Part shown: positions 59,990 through 64,000 of the stretch, in pieces
How positions within the stretch are numbered: the first letter of the stretch is position 1
Layout of the letters: each line of letters starts with the position of its first letter
Source of the DNA: an uncultured virus (IMG/VR IMGVR_UViG_3300047548_000908)
Lineage: Duplodnaviria; Heunggongvirae; Uroviricota; Caudoviricetes
Reading direction: 5' to 3' (one strand)
DNA: 64,000 nt
IMG/VR virus record: IMGVR_UViG_3300047548_000908
Coordinates: 1 to 64,000 of that record
Made by a program: the position numbers and the translations under genes
The notes under the pieces: generated by a model
What the model saw: the letters and a program-made list of their open reading frames with translations, nothing else
Database searches by the model: none
Told to the model about the DNA's origin: nothing

Positions 59990-61206
59990 GGTTTCATCGC
60001 TTTTTTGACAGATGCAGACAGATACTTAGTTAGATCTCCTGCCCTAATGTTATCATACAAATCAACAATATCAGGGAGTTTGTGCGTACCGCCTAGATCA
60101 CGATAGATTTTCATCAATAGCACGAATGACGCCTGCGATTCAACCTTGTTGTCCGCATCATCTACACTGATATCCCATGTTTTCGCGTACCAACGCTTAA
60201 ACGTGTTCGCACTCTCGCTACTTAGTTGTTCCGGGGAACTAAACAGACATTGTATAATTGCATGTACGGGCTCAAGAAATTCTTTTTCAAATGCCTTTGA
60301 ATACACGTTAGTTTTTTGTTTCACTTTGAAGTATTCATACATGAAACCATACAAGTCAATTTCCATACCATGAAGCTCAATATTAGGCCAATACTTTGAA
60401 TGAGTTTTTAGGATAAATTCCCAATGCTGAGGTTTTCCTTTATACTTACGCATAGCACTAACGTGCGAGATACATTTAGGGTGACCACGGTTTTCATCCT
60501 CGTCGCCGTAAAGTGGCTCATATCCGTTTTCCTCACAAATAGATTGCAATTCAGCAGCCTCTTTGTATTCAGTATCTAGATTACCATCCACACGATAAAA
60601 CAACACTTCCATTTTATGATGATCTGCTGGCCCAATCGGCTTGGAATACTTGCCGTTATAAATGTCAAATTGGCGCCGAGCAAACGATCGATCATCGGTT
60701 TCAATGTAAGTAAACGGAACTTCTAGCTCCTGCCAATCTCCGCTATAACCATCCCAAAGATTATTAAATGCTAGCGCAGCTTCAAGAACTAGAGTGTGCT
60801 GGGCGTTAGTAGAATGAAAACGCCATTTACCAACCTCTTTCGTTCCTTGAATTGCTGACATAAATTCAACCCGAAAACGTTCCATGTTAGCAATTTTTAC
60901 AATATGCTTAACATCTAAATCACGCTGAATGTCATCGTCAATGTAAATATCTTTGACCTTGACCATAGCAAACTGCAATCGAAGTTTTCGGTTGTATTTG
61001 ATACCTTTTTTTATCAAAGCTGCAACATGCTTGTGCCAAGCTCCGTTACTAGGATCAAACAATTGGTTCAAGCGATCTTGTACACTTGCCTCTGCGTACT
61101 CACCTTTTTTGCGAATCAATCGATGCACGATTTTACGCATTTGTTTTACTGCTTTGGGTTTAGTATAGACTAGAGGAAAAGACACAGACGAGACTTTAGC
61201 AGGCAT
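59986..61206 (-). CDS. Hypothetical protein, ParB-like N-terminal region
   Basis: IDDDIQRDLD ... NAQHT. Confidence 0.5.
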   Translation of the reverse strand: MPAKVSSVSFPLVYTKPKAVKQMRKIVHRLIRKKGEYAEASVQDRLNQLFDPSNGAWHKHVAALIKKGIKYNRKLRLQFAMVKVKDIYIDDDIQRDLDVKHIVKIANMERFRVEFMSAIQGTKEVGKWRFHSTNAQHTLVLEAALAFNNLWDGYSGDWQELEVPFTYIETDDRSFARRQFDIYNGKYSKPIGPADHHKMEVLFYRVDGNLDTEYKEAAELQSICEENGYEPLYGDEDENRGHPKCISHVSAMRKYKGKPQHWEFILKTHSKYWPNIELHGMEIDLYGFMYEYFKVKQKTNVYSKAFEKEFLEPVHAIIQCLFSSPEQLSSESANTFKRWYAKTWDISVDDADNKVESQASFVLLMKIYRDLGGTHKLPDIVDLYDNIRAGDLTKYLSASVKKAMKP

Positions 61207-61271
61207 ATAATGCTCCAGTTCTGTTATTGAATATATGAATTATATACTCCGTCTTAGTATTTGTCAACCGT

Positions 61272-61772
61272 TTAGCTTACCTCTGTTCGCCCATTTCCCA
61301 AATCTCTGCTTCTTATCATCATCATTTCACTTATCGAGCGGTTTACAGGGTCGGCTTGGTCCTGTTCGTAGAATTCCAAAGCAATATTTCTACAAACTGT
61401 TTGAAACCATCTGTCTACGATGTCACTATCCTTGTCATCTTCTTTTAATTTGTACCCGGCTCGAACTAAGTTCAGTACAAATTTATCGTTCCAATCAAGC
61501 TCAAATGCACCGTTGTTGATATTTTCGGGATCTACATCTACGCTTAAAATGGCAATATAGGGTTCTCCTGCTTCTGTAGCAAGTTCCTTTGCTGTTTTGG
61601 GTGCATTGGTTTCTTGCTTTTTCTTTTTAGCTCTTGGTTTTCTTGGTTTTTTGGGTTTTTGCTCTTCAGGAGTTACTTCAGGCTCAGTTTTTACTTCTTC
61701 CTTTACCTCAACTTTAGGTTCTTCTTTGACAGGTTCAGGCACCTTAAATAGTTTCTTGATTGAATCGAACAT
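61272..61772 (-). CDS. Hypothetical protein
   Basis: FELDWNDKF...GY...IVDRWF. Confidence 0.7.
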   Translation of the reverse strand: MFDSIKKLFKVPEPVKEEPKVEVKEEVKTEPEVTPEEQKPKKPRKPRAKKKKQETNAPKTAKELATEAGEPYIAILSVDVDPENINNGAFELDWNDKFVLNLVRAGYKLKEDDKDSDIVDRWFQTVCRNIALEFYEQDQADPVNRSISEMMMIRSRDLGNGRTEVS

Positions 61773-62599
61773 TATTTTATCCTTAGTAATTCTTCTATAG
61801 AATACAGGTTCTTCATGTAGGGAGAAACCAAGTTCAGAACACTAGACTCTTGATCTCCGTCTCGCCTAGGACCTACATCTATCTGTATGTGACAGTTATT
61901 TACTTCTTGAAAGATATCCGCGATTTCTTTTACTGAATATCCTTTTCCATGTCCTAAGCATTCAATACTGTTAGAAGGATTTTCGATAGCCTGTAGAATG
62001 GATGAGCATATCTCGTTTACATGTACATAATCTCGGATGCAAGTGCCATCTTTGGTATTATAGTCAGTGCCATAGATAGTAAACTTACCAGTATCTTTAG
62101 ATTCTAGTAGCTTGTAGAAAAGACCATCCGGGTTAGTAGGAGGATATCCATCACTCCCTATTACGTTGTAGAATCTAAAGATGGTAAAGTCAACGTCTTT
62201 GATTTTTTTGTTGAAGTCCTGTACTAACCCTTCTGCTATCTGTTTAGTTTTTCCGTAAATACCCGGTGATCCTTCAGCAGCACCAGTCGATGCAAAAACA
62301 AAGTTTTTAGTTCGGATACTTCCTAGAACATTGGAAGTTCCTGAGACATTGGTTAAGAAGTAATCTAATGGTCTAGTCTCTGCTTCACCTACTCGTACCA
62401 ATGCTGCTAGATGTACAACACAATCGTATTCATGTTGTACATCTAATCTACTTGTGATATCACTAAGATAGAAGGTTCTTACCGAAACATTAGGCATCTT
62501 TCTGTCCATCCCATCTACATGATAGCCATGTTTTATTAACATATCACATAGATGAGACCCTATGTACCCTGAACAACCTGTAACTAATACTCTTTTCAT
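61772..62599 (-). CDS. NAD-dependent epimerase (GalE-like)
   Basis: GCSGYIG, YGKTK, RFYNV, DGTCIRDYVHV. Confidence 0.9.
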   Translation of the reverse strand: MKRVLVTGCSGYIGSHLCDMLIKHGYHVDGMDRKMPNVSVRTFYLSDITSRLDVQHEYDCVVHLAALVRVGEAETRPLDYFLTNVSGTSNVLGSIRTKNFVFASTGAAEGSPGIYGKTKQIAEGLVQDFNKKIKDVDFTIFRFYNVIGSDGYPPTNPDGLFYKLLESKDTGKFTIYGTDYNTKDGTCIRDYVHVNEICSSILQAIENPSNSIECLGHGKGYSVKEIADIFQEVNNCHIQIDVGPRRDGDQESSVLNLVSPYMKNLYSIEELLRIK

Positions 62600-63930
62600 T
62601 CGAATAGATCGTCAATCAAATTTTCTTTCGGGGTGAAAGACGGGTCTTTGCTTAGGTAAGAGTTGTTATCAGTATAGATGACATTGAACTTATGTTTGTT
62701 CCCCAATACAGACTTTACATCATCAATACATATTAGTTTTCGATTCAATGACTCGATGTATTCATCATATCTTACTTCATGTAAAGAACAAATTTTGGCT
62801 GTGTTTCCGTTAGACTGCCTAGATTTAAATTCGTTGAAGCAAGTATTCCATTTGTGAAAGACGCCTTCTTCTTTCTTTTTTACATGCTCTAGATGTCCCA
62901 TAGCATACCAGGATTCGGCTGTAGGGAATCTTTCATATGCCCCTTTTATGTCTTCAGCCATATCCTTCTTGTCAGTCTCAAAGAAGAATTCACTATTAAA
63001 GTTCTTAGTCCATCTTTGGTTTGCCAAAACAAATGTAGGTAATTGAGTGATCTGTTCATAAAAGGCAATACCATAACTCTCCACTGTACTTGGATTGAAA
63101 GCAACTCTACAGCTAGTAATAAAATCTACCTTTTCTTTGCCGATAATGCCTGTTGCAATCTTATAATCTGCACTTATCTTCTTCAACCGTTCTTCGAATT
63201 TCTTTGCACCGTTCGCGTTAGTCATCACACGGGCAGGTAATCCAGTTTGTTCAATAAGAGTTAGGTATGTTTCTGGACCTTTTCCCTCTTCCCATCGACC
63301 GATAAAGAGTACCCCCTCACGAGGCTTAATATGTTTTTCTAGCAACCCAAGTTCAGTAAATGGAATCGGAAGTTCGTATGCTGCGTCAAATTGCAATTCA
63401 TTAAATTTACTTTGAGTTCCGATATAGATGCCACTGATTTCAAGTTGTTTACGCATCATTTCGTTTACCCTTGGTAAGAAGGGATTCTTAGAGTCTTTGA
63501 ATATCTGACTCTCTAAATGGGTATAGGCAATAATTTGAATATAGTCATCTAATCCTAATGTCTCTGCGACCTGAACAGTCTCGTAAGTATTGCACACGAA
63601 AATGTCATACAGGTTATGAGATAGTGCTTTAATAATGGAGTTTCTAAAGTTAACCATTCTTTCATAACAGAAACTATCACCAAACATAAAGATAGCACTG
63701 TGATCAGAGTACGGCAAAGACTGATTAGGATAGATAATGTTCACTCCTTGCTCCTTCAAGTAGGAGATGAACTCTGAATTTGCAGGAGCTTTATCAGTAA
63801 TGATGTCCACTTTAACGTTGTGTAAGGACATCAATTCTATAAAACTTTTTGTAAATTGCCCGATGCCTCCGTGTGGAATAAGAGTCTGGTAACTTACTAA
63901 AAATCCAATTCGTTTATCGTATGTTCTCAT
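62596..63930 (-). CDS. Glycosyltransferase, GT-B/GT4-like
   Basis: GGIG, FIGRWEEGKG, PSTVESYGIAFYE. Confidence 0.8.
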   Translation of the reverse strand: MRTYDKRIGFLVSYQTLIPHGGIGQFTKSFIELMSLHNVKVDIITDKAPANSEFISYLKEQGVNIIYPNQSLPYSDHSAIFMFGDSFCYERMVNFRNSIIKALSHNLYDIFVCNTYETVQVAETLGLDDYIQIIAYTHLESQIFKDSKNPFLPRVNEMMRKQLEISGIYIGTQSKFNELQFDAAYELPIPFTELGLLEKHIKPREGVLFIGRWEEGKGPETYLTLIEQTGLPARVMTNANGAKKFEERLKKISADYKIATGIIGKEKVDFITSCRVAFNPSTVESYGIAFYEQITQLPTFVLANQRWTKNFNSEFFFETDKKDMAEDIKGAYERFPTAESWYAMGHLEHVKKKEEGVFHKWNTCFNEFKSRQSNGNTAKICSLHEVRYDEYIESLNRKLICIDDVKSVLGNKHKFNVIYTDNNSYLSKDPSFTPKENLIDDLFE

Positions 63931-64000
63931 TGTTTTGTGTCATCTTTCTTATTAATTCGACGTTTAATTGCGCCCCAAATGGGGCACCAAATGAAGCCAG

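Noticed and set aside
8657..63930. Alternative genetic code (stop-codon reassignment)
   Set aside because: Conserved genes are full length under the standard code and end in TAA, TAG and TGA

Overview
This is a fragment of a large T4-like/jumbo bacteriophage genome; the host is probably a proteobacterium, judging by sigma70-type promoters and host-like clpX/clpP/clpS/infA/rpsU/yeaGH-ycgB genes. Positions 537-7540 hold a transcription unit that opens with four tandem promoters, a 43-codon leader ORF using all 20 amino acids and a terminator/antiterminator pair. It continues into about 27 tRNAs covering all 20 amino acids, interspersed with many unannotated structured RNAs. These include eight cargo RNAs closed by one conserved long helix, and a 'stem-CAGCAA' RNA family that recurs beside and in the leader of a TROVE/vWA (Ro60-like, DUF2828-type) gene at 31357. 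Downstream are a yeaG-yeaH-ycgB operon, seven paralogous putative ADP-ribosyltransferase-like proteins, an early region of promoter-headed small-gene cassettes, and proteostasis/translation genes. After a strand switch at about 46660 come DNA ligase, RNase H/5' exonuclease and sugar-modifying genes. The top candidate novel system is a ribosome-sensing 'all-amino-acid' attenuator that would switch on the phage tRNA array when tRNAs are depleted. All calls were made by eye, with no database searches.
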